Position numbers and translations under genes: made by a program
Notes under the pieces: generated by a model
Told to the model about the DNA's origin: nothing
What the model saw: only the letters and a program-made list of their open reading frames with translations
The model's database searches: none
In this document: one piece after another, positions 9,691 through 18,464 of the stretch
How positions within the stretch are numbered: the first letter of the stretch is position 1
Layout: the number at the start of each line of letters is the position of its first letter
From: an uncultured Bacilli bacterium
GTDB taxonomy: Bacteria > Bacillota_I > Bacilli_A > RF39 > UBA660
Reading direction: 5' to 3'
Length of the DNA stretch: 64,000 nucleotides
Assembly (NCBI GenBank): GCA_950097225.1
Contig: CATNCE010000001.1
Span: 121,110-185,109, forward strand

Positions 9691-10377
9691 ATGCTTATGC
9701 GTTTTAATATACTTGAAGATGATGAAATTGTAGGTTATGAGATGTGCATTGATGAAGCTAAGATGCTTTATATTCGCGAGGCTCTGTTGGCTTATGATAA
9801 AAAGGTTAGAACTACAATTATTTATGCTTCTGATGATAGACTAATGCGCAAGAGCTGTTTTAAGGAATTTGAGTGTGATGAAATTGTTGCTACGGGAAAT
9901 GTTGATAGGAGTAGTTCTAAGAGAGGCGAGAAAGTAGTCGTTAAAGAGGAAATTATCTTAATTAAGCATTGTTTCTTATGGCATTATCTATTTGGGAATC
10001 GTGTTAACGATAATAATATAATTAAAATATTGTATCTTTACTTGAATCCTAGTTCTTCTATTGATGATGAAGTTGGCATACAGGAAAAAGCATGTTTGGT
10101 TGAGATTCTTTTATCATCTTTAATAGTTAAAAAAGTTTTTTCTAAAGAGGCTAAAGCGTTAGATGAAGAGCTTGCTTTTTTGAATAATTTGAACGATTAT
10201 ACTGCTGGGATGCATTTTCTTAGATCGTCTTTAATTTTTGAACTTCAGAATTTTTATATAGATGCTAAAAATAATAATGAGTTGTTAGAACGCTTGGTAG
10301 TTTTGCTACAGGCTAGTTATGGGGATGAAGCAAACGTTTTATATAAATTAAATAGAAAAGAAGTTACTTGTATATAA
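9691..10377 (+). CDS. Hypothetical protein
   Basis: 228-aa ORF, no motif recognised. Confidence 0.6.
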   Translation: MLMRFNILEDDEIVGYEMCIDEAKMLYIREALLAYDKKVRTTIIYASDDRLMRKSCFKEFECDEIVATGNVDRSSSKRGEKVVVKEEIILIKHCFLWHYLFGNRVNDNNIIKILYLYLNPSSSIDDEVGIQEKACLVEILLSSLIVKKVFSKEAKALDEELAFLNNLNDYTAGMHFLRSSLIFELQNFYIDAKNNNELLERLVVLLQASYGDEANVLYKLNRKEVTCI

Positions 10378-10416
10378 AAATATAAATGGTATAATATTTA
10401 CAAGGAGATGAAATAG

Positions 10417-10629
10417 ATGTTACAAGATATTTTATTGGTAGTTGTAGGTTTAATAATTGGCGTTGTAATAGGTTTTTTCGGGGCGCGACATTTTATGAAA
10501 AGCTATTTCAAGAAAAATCCACCTATTAATGAACAGATGATTACAACACTTATGACTAGTATGGGAAGAAAGCCAAATAGTAAACAGGTTAAACAAGTGA
10601 TGGCACAGATGGGACGAATGAATAAATAA
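10417..10629 (+). CDS. yneF: YneF (UPF0154) family membrane protein
   Basis: TM followed by [15 protein letters not shown]. Confidence 0.9.
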   Translation: MLQDILLVVVGLIIGVVIGFFGARHFMKSYFKKNPPINEQMITTLMTSMGRKPNSKQVKQVMAQMGRMNK

Positions 10630-11048
10630 TGTTAAATATTGATTTGTTTAAATTAAATAATTTTAATTTACTAGAAATTGATCAATCGTGTGAAATTCCC
10701 AAAAGTTATTATGAAAATAGTGAAATACGAGGGGTTAATGATGTGTTTCTTACAGGAGAGGTTAGGATAAATAGTCTAGATGAGGTTTGTCTTTCTTTAA
10801 AAGTTAAGGGACAATTTGTCTTACCTTGTGCCATATCATTAGAGGATGTTTTTTATGATTTTGAGACAATAATCGATGAAACTATTGGAAATTTTAATAA
10901 TTTTTATAATAATAAACAAAATACGCTTGATATTTTGCCCATTATATGGGAAAATATTGTTTCGGAAGTCCCTATAAGGGTTGTCAAAGAAGGAGTCCAA
11001 GTTGAAAATACTTCTGGCAATGGTTGGGAGTTAGTTAGTGAGGATTAA
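10629..11048 (+). CDS. YceD/DUF177 family protein
   Basis: [15 protein letters not shown]; immediately upstream of rpmF as usual. Confidence 0.8.
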   Translation: MLNIDLFKLNNFNLLEIDQSCEIPKSYYENSEIRGVNDVFLTGEVRINSLDEVCLSLKVKGQFVLPCAISLEDVFYDFETIIDETIGNFNNFYNNKQNTLDILPIIWENIVSEVPIRVVKEGVQVENTSGNGWELVSED

Positions 11049-11071
11049 ATCACGAAGGAAGGAGTGAGGCT

Positions 11072-11257
11072 ATGGCAGTTCCATTTAGAAGAACAAGTAA
11101 AACTAAAAAGAGAATGCGTCGTACACATTTAAAGAAAGAGTTACCAGGAGTAATTAGTTGCCCTAAATGCGGTGCTCCTATTAAAGCACATAGAGCATGT
11201 CCTGAATGTGGATGCTATAAAGGCAAAGAAGTAGTAGAGATTGCTAAAGAGGATTAA
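11072..11257 (+). CDS. rpmF: 50S ribosomal protein L32
   Basis: [32 protein letters not shown]. Confidence 0.98.
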   Translation: MAVPFRRTSKTKKRMRRTHLKKELPGVISCPKCGAPIKAHRACPECGCYKGKEVVEIAKED

Positions 11258-11302
11258 TCCTTAAAGTGGTATAAACTTTAATATAAAAAGACGTAGGTTA
11301 GA

Positions 11303-11337
11303 AAGACACTTCAATTTAGAGTTGGGGTGTTTTTTTG
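11303..11337 (+). terminator. Rho-independent terminator after rpmF (member of GACACT..GTGT hairpin family)
   Basis: ACACTTCAAT/GTTGGGGTGT stem followed by T-run. Confidence 0.65.
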
Positions 11338-11371
11338 TTTTAATTTTCTGTTATTTATTGTATAATTAAGT

Positions 11372-11746
11372 ATGAAAGGTAGATTAGACATGCATAAGAA
11401 TAAGCAGGTACTTCGTCATTGTCCTAATTTCTATAAAATTGTTAATTTTGAATATTGTATGGATGATAAATTGTCTGAAAAATTATTAGATGTTTATCAA
11501 GAATTCGTTTTTAAGGCTGATCTTACTAAGAAAAGTGAAGTCGCGAAACTAGAACAGTTAGATTTAGTTTTGAGTAAATATATAGATGATTATATATTTC
11601 GCAAGGAACTGGCAACGGAGATGAAGAGAATTAGGATTCGTAAGGATGAAGATATCTTGATGGCGATAGTTAATTGGATTATTAAAGTGTTTGATAATTA
11701 TGAAGAGGGTTATACGCGAAATATTTACTTTTCACGTTGGATATAA
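11372..11746 (+). CDS. Hypothetical protein
   Basis: 124-aa ORF, no motif recognised. Confidence 0.65.
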   Translation: MKGRLDMHKNKQVLRHCPNFYKIVNFEYCMDDKLSEKLLDVYQEFVFKADLTKKSEVAKLEQLDLVLSKYIDDYIFRKELATEMKRIRIRKDEDILMAIVNWIIKVFDNYEEGYTRNIYFSRWI

Positions 11747-11762
11747 AGAAGGATGGTTGTAA

Positions 11763-12656
11763 ATGGATCAAGATTTTTATTTTGAGGAGTCAAATCCTAA
11801 GAAAGCTAAGTTAATAATTGTTGGGATAATTGTTATTATATCAGCTTTATGTGTTTTATTGTTGTTTGTTCGAAGTCGTTATACTTTGGGAGTGCGTAAA
11901 AATCTAGTATTTGAGGCGGGAGATAAACTAAGCGATAAAGTGCAAGATTATGTTACTAATAAGGTAGTTGATGAAGGAGATTATACTTTACTTTTAGAGG
12001 GAGTATCAACAGAAGATGGTGTTTTAAATAAGGTAGGCGAATTTCCATTTAAGGTAAGATATAAAAACATTACTAAAAAGGGTAAGTTAAAAGTAGTTGA
12101 TACGACACCACCAGAAGTTGAAGTTGCAGATTTAACTGTTGGTGTTGATGAAGAGTTTGAACTTGATTATTTTGTTACTAAGTGTAGTGATTATTCAATG
12201 CCTTGTAAAGTCTCTTATGAGCATGATAGTGATGATGAAAAAAACAAGAAGGAAGGCAGTTATACTTATAATATTATCATCGAAGATAATGCTCAAAATA
12301 AGGTGAAAAAGGAAGTTAAGCTAATAGTAAAGAAAAATTATAGCTATAAAGATACCTTAATAAAAGATTTAAAAGTTGATCACGTTTTTCCTGAGTTAAG
12401 TGATTGGAATGGTGAATTAGTGTTAAAATTCGATAAGGGGTATGATCCTAATGATATAGATGGTACTGATGCTTATGCAGCTTTAATGGAGGTAACGGGG
12501 GGGGATTTACATAACTATTTAGATCCGATGTATATGAATAATTTGATTACTGAATCCCAAATAATCGAAGCTTATAATCGTGGAGGTTATGTCATTGGTT
12601 ATGCTATTAGAGTAAAATTGGATAATGGATTGTATTTTTATTTAAGGAAATATTAA
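11763..12656 (+). CDS. Membrane-anchored protein with Ig-like domains
   Basis: N-terminal TM; VVDTTPPEV and GSYTYNIIIEDNAQN bacterial Ig-like patterns. Confidence 0.65.
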   Translation: MDQDFYFEESNPKKAKLIIVGIIVIISALCVLLLFVRSRYTLGVRKNLVFEAGDKLSDKVQDYVTNKVVDEGDYTLLLEGVSTEDGVLNKVGEFPFKVRYKNITKKGKLKVVDTTPPEVEVADLTVGVDEEFELDYFVTKCSDYSMPCKVSYEHDSDDEKNKKEGSYTYNIIIEDNAQNKVKKEVKLIVKKNYSYKDTLIKDLKVDHVFPELSDWNGELVLKFDKGYDPNDIDGTDAYAALMEVTGGDLHNYLDPMYMNNLITESQIIEAYNRGGYVIGYAIRVKLDNGLYFYLRKY

Positions 12657-12666
12657 CAAAATGTTG

Positions 12667-12695
12667 TTGACTACATTGGGCAATTATGATATTAT
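12667..12695 (+). promoter_or_regulatory. Sigma-A promoter of tRNA-Met
   Basis: TTGACT-17nt-TATTAT with TG extension, 19 nt upstream of the tRNA. Confidence 0.7.
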
Positions 12696-12714
12696 TAATT
12701 TGCCTTATGTAAAT

Positions 12715-12791
12715 GGCGCTGTAGCTCAGTTGGCTAGAGCATCCGGTTCATACCCGGCAGGTCGAGAGTTCGAATCTCCCCGGCGCTACCA
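12715..12791 (+). tRNA. tRNA-Met(CAT), elongator type
   Basis: GGCGCTG acceptor, anticodon loop TTCATAC, GTTCGAATC, CCA end; resembles Bacilli elongator Met. Confidence 0.93.
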
Positions 12792-13008
12792 AATTGATAA
12801 TAAACTCGAACTTTTGTGGTTCGAGTTTTAATATTTTAAAAAAATAAATTTAAGTGGAGATTAACGATGTTTTATCAATTTGATAAATATAGAAATAAAA
12901 ATCTTACTTATGTTTTAAGAAAAAATAAGAAATAATTTTTTACAAAATTTATTACAATTTAGAAAATACGCTTGTATATTTACATTTTATATGAGCAAGT
13001 GTAGATAA

Positions 13009-13737
13009 ATGATTGATATTTGTGAGAGTTTCGGTGGAGCAGAATGTTTAAAACACTATTATATAAGTAAAAAAATAAGTGATTATACAATTTATTCTCT
13101 TCGGATGAGATTATCTGTTGGAGATATTAAAGAAAATCATTTAAATTTTTTAAGAGGATGTTGTTATGATGGCAGTTATTGTTATATTGAAGCTTTAAAT
13201 GAACTATTGGATAATGTTAATAGTGATACTAAAATCAGAATATGGTCTTCTAAAAAGGATGATGATGACTATACGTTATTGCTATTTTTATGTAACTTTT
13301 TAAAAGATAGAATTAGCAAAATAAGTGTTATTTTCTCTAGTGATTATAATGATCTAGGGAGTATTAATGCTTTGGATTATAAGGAAATTGAATTTTTATT
13401 AAATTATGAAAAGTCACTATCTGAAGAAGAAATACAACTTCGATCAAATCGGTGGGAGAATTTAGTTGAAATAAATAGTGAACTTAGAGTGCTTGATGAA
13501 GGAGAGGTTAAAAATAAAAAATATGCGGACTATTATGATAATATTCTAAATCTTCTGAGAGAAGAAGAGGCATGTACAATAGCAAATTTAATTGCGGAGT
13601 GTATGATAAAAAGAGTTATTAATAATGCAGGAGATTGGCTTTATTTATTTTTAATAGATCAATTGATTGAATTAAATAAAATAAAAATAATTGAGAAAGA
13701 AACAAGCCATTTTGCGGATATGGTTGATTTGGCATAA
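13009..13737 (+). CDS. DUF1835/DUF3658-like protein
   Basis: LSVGDI, IRIW, W..L...NSELR, C-terminal GD..L..LI..L pattern. Confidence 0.6.
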   Translation: MIDICESFGGAECLKHYYISKKISDYTIYSLRMRLSVGDIKENHLNFLRGCCYDGSYCYIEALNELLDNVNSDTKIRIWSSKKDDDDYTLLLFLCNFLKDRISKISVIFSSDYNDLGSINALDYKEIEFLLNYEKSLSEEEIQLRSNRWENLVEINSELRVLDEGEVKNKKYADYYDNILNLLREEEACTIANLIAECMIKRVINNAGDWLYLFLIDQLIELNKIKIIEKETSHFADMVDLA

Positions 13738-13807
13738 TCAAGTCTTTTTCGGGGATTGTAGAATTAGTCGAATTTTTCGAGCTTTTTTAGCAGCAAAAGA
13801 AAACGAC

Positions 13808-13836
13808 TTGTCAAAAGTATTCTGGTATGATATTAT
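13808..13836 (+). promoter_or_regulatory. Sigma-A promoter driving an ORF-less ~105-nt transcript
   Basis: TTGTCA-17nt-TATTAT with TG extension. Confidence 0.7.
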
Positions 13837-13842
13837 GAATAC

Positions 13843-13947
13843 GTCAAGGAGACTTGTATAAAATAAAAAAGGGAACATTCAGTTTTTGAGTATCTACCCA
13901 ATTTAAAGTAGTTAGACACTTATTCTAAGAATGAGTGTTATTTTTTG
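13843..13947 (+). ncRNA. Candidate small RNA (putative type I antitoxin)
   Basis: Lies between the promoter and an ACACTTATTC/GAATGAGTGT-T6 terminator; 5' hairpin CAAG-GAGA-CTTG; convergent with a small hydrophobic ORF. Confidence 0.5.
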
Positions 13948-14066
13948 TAACTACTATTATAATGATAATGAGAAATGATGGCAATGAGCTTGAGAACTTT
14001 AATAATAATGTTGTAGGTTTCATTTTTATCAAACTTTTTCTTTATTAGAAATTTGGTAGTGTTCAA
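13925..14066 (-). pseudogene. Small hydrophobic peptide gene (type I toxin-like), probably frameshifted
   Basis: TTG14066 frame gives ..YNIIIKVLKLIAII; ATG14023 frame gives ..FLIIIIIVVTKNNTHS*; joined they make a single TM peptide. Confidence 0.4.
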
Positions 14067-14114
14067 TAACTGATATTCCCTAAGGTAATTATACATATTG
14101 GTTGGAGGGGTTAT

Positions 14115-14819
14115 ATGGGAAATAATATAATTGTATGTAATACTGATGAGGCAATAGTTGCTTCTTTAAAACAGATAATTTTAAGTAAGTATCCAATTGT
14201 CGATAATCGCATAGATATGCTTTCTTTAGATGGTGTTCCGGAGTTAAAAATACTATTGCGCTTTTATGAATGTGATGGATTAGATATCACAAGAGTGCTT
14301 TTTTTAGAGGGAAATAATGTCTTTAAGTTTAGTATGTCAGAAAGTTTAACGATAAGTGGACTTATATCAACATCAGCAATATTTTCTTTTTTTAATTATT
14401 TATTATCAGATCATAGTTTTGTAAGTAATTTTTCTAAAGATAGCTCTTCGTTTTTATTAGCTTTTGATATGACTGTTTCTGAGGAAGAAATGCGTGGTAT
14501 AGGCTGTGGAAAAATAGAGGTTGAATTTGATTTTTCGAAACATCCCAATTGTAGGGATTTGATTAACTATTATTTGAAAAGCGTTGTTAAGACATTTTAT
14601 GAGGCTTTGCGCGATACGACTCTTATGCAAAGAGAATTTGCTGATTACTGTGATGTTATTAAGACTAATTTTTTGATGGGGTTATCGGAAGATGAGGTGC
14701 GCGATTTTTTATCCTTATGTGATAAGGAAACGCTTTCTATATTGGGGAATGCCTTGCCTAATGATGTTTTTGCAGAGCTGTATGGCAGGTATGCATGTCA
14801 AAAAAGAGAGTTAAAATAA
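14115..14819 (+). CDS. Hypothetical protein
   Basis: 234-aa ORF with GGAGG RBS. Confidence 0.7.
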   Translation: MGNNIIVCNTDEAIVASLKQIILSKYPIVDNRIDMLSLDGVPELKILLRFYECDGLDITRVLFLEGNNVFKFSMSESLTISGLISTSAIFSFFNYLLSDHSFVSNFSKDSSSFLLAFDMTVSEEEMRGIGCGKIEVEFDFSKHPNCRDLINYYLKSVVKTFYEALRDTTLMQREFADYCDVIKTNFLMGLSEDEVRDFLSLCDKETLSILGNALPNDVFAELYGRYACQKRELK

Positions 14820-14892
14820 GTTAATTCAGTGATAAATTTTTGTGGATAAAATTTTAGTTGTTTGATATAATTGAAGTGTTAGTGGAATACAT

Positions 14893-14968
14893 TGTCTCAT
14901 AGCCAAGCGGTAAGGCATCAGGCTCTGACCCTGACATTTCGTAGGTTCGAATCCTACTGAGACAACCA
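14893..14968 (+). tRNA. tRNA-Gln(CTG)
   Basis: TGTCTCA/TGAGACA acceptor, AGCCAAGCGGTAAGGC D-arm, loop CTCTGAC, GGTTCGAATCC, CCA. Confidence 0.95.
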
Positions 14969-15082
14969 AATTTATTTTAAACAGCGCCTAAGCGTTGTTT
15001 TTATATTGAAGAGATGCGGCTACAATTGACATTTAAATGGGAGTAAGGTAGAATCTATTTTTGATGAAGCGAGGTGTTTATA

Positions 15083-15724
15083 ATGCTAAATATTTATCGA
15101 GATAAAATTCAGGAGAGACTAGATAAAGTTAATTTGAGGTTAGAAGATTTGCATATTTCTTGGGATGATTTGCAAGAAAATATAAAGTGGCTTGATGAAG
15201 CCAAAGAAATAGTTGATGAGTATAAAGCTAAGAAGAAAGACGCATTTTATGTCTGCTGTATTGCTGGGATTACATGTTTGGGCTTTAGCTGTATATCTAA
15301 TTTTTTCACTAGGTATCCTTTTTTTGTTTTTATTGAGTCTTGTGCTTTAGGGGGATTAATTAATTTGTATGAGGTTTTTTGTCTTTTAAGTAGCCGTGGT
15401 AAATATAATGAAGTTATAGATAAAGGTTATGAAGAAAAGCTACTTCATTATGATGAATTGTTAGCTCGAGAAAAGGAATTGACAGCTGAGCTTGGGCAAA
15501 ACATGAATATTTCTAAGAAATATAAGGATCAATTAGAGTTTATTGACAATGGGGATGCTATGATTGATGAAATAATGCTTGAGAATCAGGAACAATATCT
15601 TGAGTGTGTTTCTGATTATAAAAAAATGTTAGAAGAGTTTTTAAATGAATCTGTTGACTATTCACGAGTTCATTTTGATGGTTATGAGATACCTAGTGTT
15701 TCTTTAAGTAAAACATTAAAATAA
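15083..15724 (+). CDS. Hypothetical two-TM coiled-coil protein
   Basis: GAGGTG RBS; two hydrophobic segments flanked by charged helices. Confidence 0.65.
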   Translation: MLNIYRDKIQERLDKVNLRLEDLHISWDDLQENIKWLDEAKEIVDEYKAKKKDAFYVCCIAGITCLGFSCISNFFTRYPFFVFIESCALGGLINLYEVFCLLSSRGKYNEVIDKGYEEKLLHYDELLAREKELTAELGQNMNISKKYKDQLEFIDNGDAMIDEIMLENQEQYLECVSDYKKMLEEFLNESVDYSRVHFDGYEIPSVSLSKTLK

Positions 15725-15793
15725 TAGAGATTATACCTTGTTAGGGTATGGTCTTTTTTTCGTGATATTAAGAAAAATAATTGGGTGAGAAGA

Positions 15794-16669
15794 ATGGATG
15801 CAAATTGGTTAAAATATGGGGAGCTAAAAAAAGATAGTGATATGCTCATTTATCGTGTCAATATTCCTGTTGAGTGGGAACTTATTCTTGGTTCTTTGCA
15901 TATTAATAAAGAGGATTTTCCTTTAAATGCTCAAACGGATGATATCGTAGGCATTTATAAAAATAATGAGAGGATTTTATTAAAAACAAAAAATAAAATC
16001 TTTTTTAAAAGAAATGATGAAGAGATGTTTATCGATATGAAGTCTTTGGAATGGACTTATCGTGATGGAGATTTAACTATTACCAATTATGATAGTACAG
16101 AGGCAAAAAAAGGGTTATCTCGCAAAGTTTTGGATTTATTGCAGGCGTTTAGATGCTTTAATAAATATTTGCCTTATAAGATGCGTATGGGAGTCTTATA
16201 TGAGGATATAGGTTTTATTGATATGCATAATTATAATTCTGTGATACAAGGTGATGATATATGGTTAGTCTTGCGAGAATTCCGCAGTATAACGCCTGAA
16301 TGGATGCCTCTTAGCATTGTTAATGCTGAAACATTGGAATATTTAGGAAGTTTAGAATTCTATTTAAAAGCAAAGGGAGACACAAATTTTAGTTATAATG
16401 GGAATGTCTCATATGAGATAAAAGAACAGGAGAGAAGAAAAGGATATGCAACAAAGGCGCTTCGTTTGCTTAGGGATTATCTGCGCTTTGTTGGAGATGA
16501 ATATAATAAGGAGTTATATGTGTCGACTGAGGTTGATAATGTATTTTCACAAAAAGTTGCACTTAATAATGATGGTAAATTAATTTATGAAGGGGATGTA
16601 CCAGGTGTGGATATTGTCAATATTTTAGGTAAAGTAAAAAGAGTTAGAATTTATAGAATTGATAATTAG
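15794..16669 (+). CDS. Protein with C-terminal GNAT acetyltransferase domain
   Basis: GNVSYEIKEQERRKGYATKAL (acetyl-CoA motif A), NVFSQKVALNNDG. Confidence 0.75.
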   Translation: MDANWLKYGELKKDSDMLIYRVNIPVEWELILGSLHINKEDFPLNAQTDDIVGIYKNNERILLKTKNKIFFKRNDEEMFIDMKSLEWTYRDGDLTITNYDSTEAKKGLSRKVLDLLQAFRCFNKYLPYKMRMGVLYEDIGFIDMHNYNSVIQGDDIWLVLREFRSITPEWMPLSIVNAETLEYLGSLEFYLKAKGDTNFSYNGNVSYEIKEQERRKGYATKALRLLRDYLRFVGDEYNKELYVSTEVDNVFSQKVALNNDGKLIYEGDVPGVDIVNILGKVKRVRIYRIDN

Positions 16670-16686
16670 TAGTATAATATGATTAG

Positions 16687-17883
16687 GTGATGATTGTGGA
16701 AAAGATGATAAAGAAGTATGCTAAGTTATTACTTGAGGCCTTAAGAGTTCGAGATAAGAAGTATTTGTTTATTCAGCTTCCTTCATTTTTGGAAAGTTTT
16801 AAGACAATATTACTCGATGAGGCAAAGTCTTATGATTTAGATGACGTTTATGTTTATGAAGTAGATGTGTTTAAGAAACACGAGTTACTCAGTTATTTAG
16901 ATCAGGAGAATATCAATAAGCATCCGATGTTTGATGGAAGTATTTTTAATAAATATGCTAAGTTGGATGCCGCATTTTTATTTATTCAGAGTATGGTTCC
17001 AAATTTAATGGATGATATTGAGCCAGCAAAGATTCAAGCAACTACTAAGCATTTTCGAAGTACACAAAAGTATTTTAGAGATCTTTATGAAGCTGGTAAA
17101 TTAAATTGGTGTATTGCAGGAGTACCAAATGAGTATTGGGCTTCTAAGGGGCTTAATATTTCTTTAGAAGAGCTATGGAATATAATGTTTAAGGTTTGTT
17201 TAGTAGATGATGATAATGATCCTTATGCATGTTGGAATAAAAAACTTGAGCAAATGGAGAAGAGATGCCAAGTATTAAATGATTATCATTTTAAGTATTT
17301 AAATTATACTAATGATTTAGGGACTGACTTAACGATATATTTACCAGATAAGCATGTTTGGTGTAGCGGGTATGGGCTTAATGGGGAAATATGTAATTTA
17401 CCTACTGAGGAAATATTTACTTCTCCTGATTATGCTAAAACGAAGGGAATTGTCTATTCTACTAAACCACTTTTTTATAATAATATTTTGATTGAGAATT
17501 TTTATTTAAAGTTTGTAGATGGCAAAGTCGTAGATTATAAAGCCGAGAGTGGAGAAGATGTATTAAAAACGATAATAGAAAGTGATGATAATTCGGCTTT
17601 TTTAGGAGAATGTGCACTTGTTTCGTATGATTCGCCAATTAATGAGACGGGAGTTATTTTTAAAGAGACTTTATATGATGAAAATGCTTCTTGTCATTTA
17701 GCTTTAGGGCGTGGTTTTTGTGAGTGTCTTAGTGATGTTGATGATGATATCATGAAATTTGGTGTAAATGTATCAGATGTTCATGTTGATTTTATGATAG
17801 GTGATGCATCTTTAAAAATCACAGGAGTAACGGATAAGGATGAAGAAGTAATTATTATGGAAAATGGGAATTTAGTAATATAG
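16687..17883 (+). CDS. M29 family aminopeptidase (AmpS/PepS)
   Basis: NLPTEEIFTSP, LGECALV, TLYDENASCHLALG, HVDFMIG. Confidence 0.92.
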   Translation: MMIVEKMIKKYAKLLLEALRVRDKKYLFIQLPSFLESFKTILLDEAKSYDLDDVYVYEVDVFKKHELLSYLDQENINKHPMFDGSIFNKYAKLDAAFLFIQSMVPNLMDDIEPAKIQATTKHFRSTQKYFRDLYEAGKLNWCIAGVPNEYWASKGLNISLEELWNIMFKVCLVDDDNDPYACWNKKLEQMEKRCQVLNDYHFKYLNYTNDLGTDLTIYLPDKHVWCSGYGLNGEICNLPTEEIFTSPDYAKTKGIVYSTKPLFYNNILIENFYLKFVDGKVVDYKAESGEDVLKTIIESDDNSAFLGECALVSYDSPINETGVIFKETLYDENASCHLALGRGFCECLSDVDDDIMKFGVNVSDVHVDFMIGDASLKITGVTDKDEEVIIMENGNLVI

Positions 17884-17947
17884 TATCAAATATTTGCGTT
17901 ATTCTTTTTTTTGTATTATAATTGGTGCTGAAGAAAGGGAAATTATT

Positions 17948-18403
17948 ATGGATTCGGAGTTTAATCTTTATAAGCTTTCGGATGAAAGATTTGTTTTTTC
18001 GGTTAAGTGTATTCATACAGGAACGATTAGATATTATCAGGTTTTGCTTGATGATACATGCCATGTTTGGCGTATAAAAGATAGTTTTAGTTTCTTTTCT
18101 CAACTTAATTTATCAAATCTTGATGTAACGGATGATGATTATCAAAGGGTAATTTCTAAATTAATTTTCTATTGTGAAAATGGAATTCGTGAAAATCGTT
18201 CTCGTGTGGTTCGCAGAAGGGCTTATGATTATTCTAAATTTGTTAATGGTTCAAAAGAAGAGGACTTGAAAAGATTGTTGCAAGTTACAACAGCGGAAGC
18301 AAGTGAGGCAAGATATGATTGGTCTTGTGAAATTGATGGAAATGATAAGTTAGTTATTGCTTATAGTCTTGTAACACGAGGAGTTGGAAGATATTATAAA
18401 TAG
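17948..18403 (+). CDS. Hypothetical protein
   Basis: ORF with AAGGGA RBS before ATG 17948. Confidence 0.6.
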   Translation: MDSEFNLYKLSDERFVFSVKCIHTGTIRYYQVLLDDTCHVWRIKDSFSFFSQLNLSNLDVTDDDYQRVISKLIFYCENGIRENRSRVVRRRAYDYSKFVNGSKEEDLKRLLQVTTAEASEARYDWSCEIDGNDKLVIAYSLVTRGVGRYYK

Positions 18404-18464
18404 AAGCGTAGTTTGATGTGATAGTCTTATATCAAATCTTAGATAAAATTAAAACATTAGGTGA

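Noticed and set aside
12867-12935. 22-codon ORF MFYQFDKYRNKNLTYVLRKNKK with a GGAG upstream
   Set aside because: Too short, lies in very AT-rich DNA, no supporting motif
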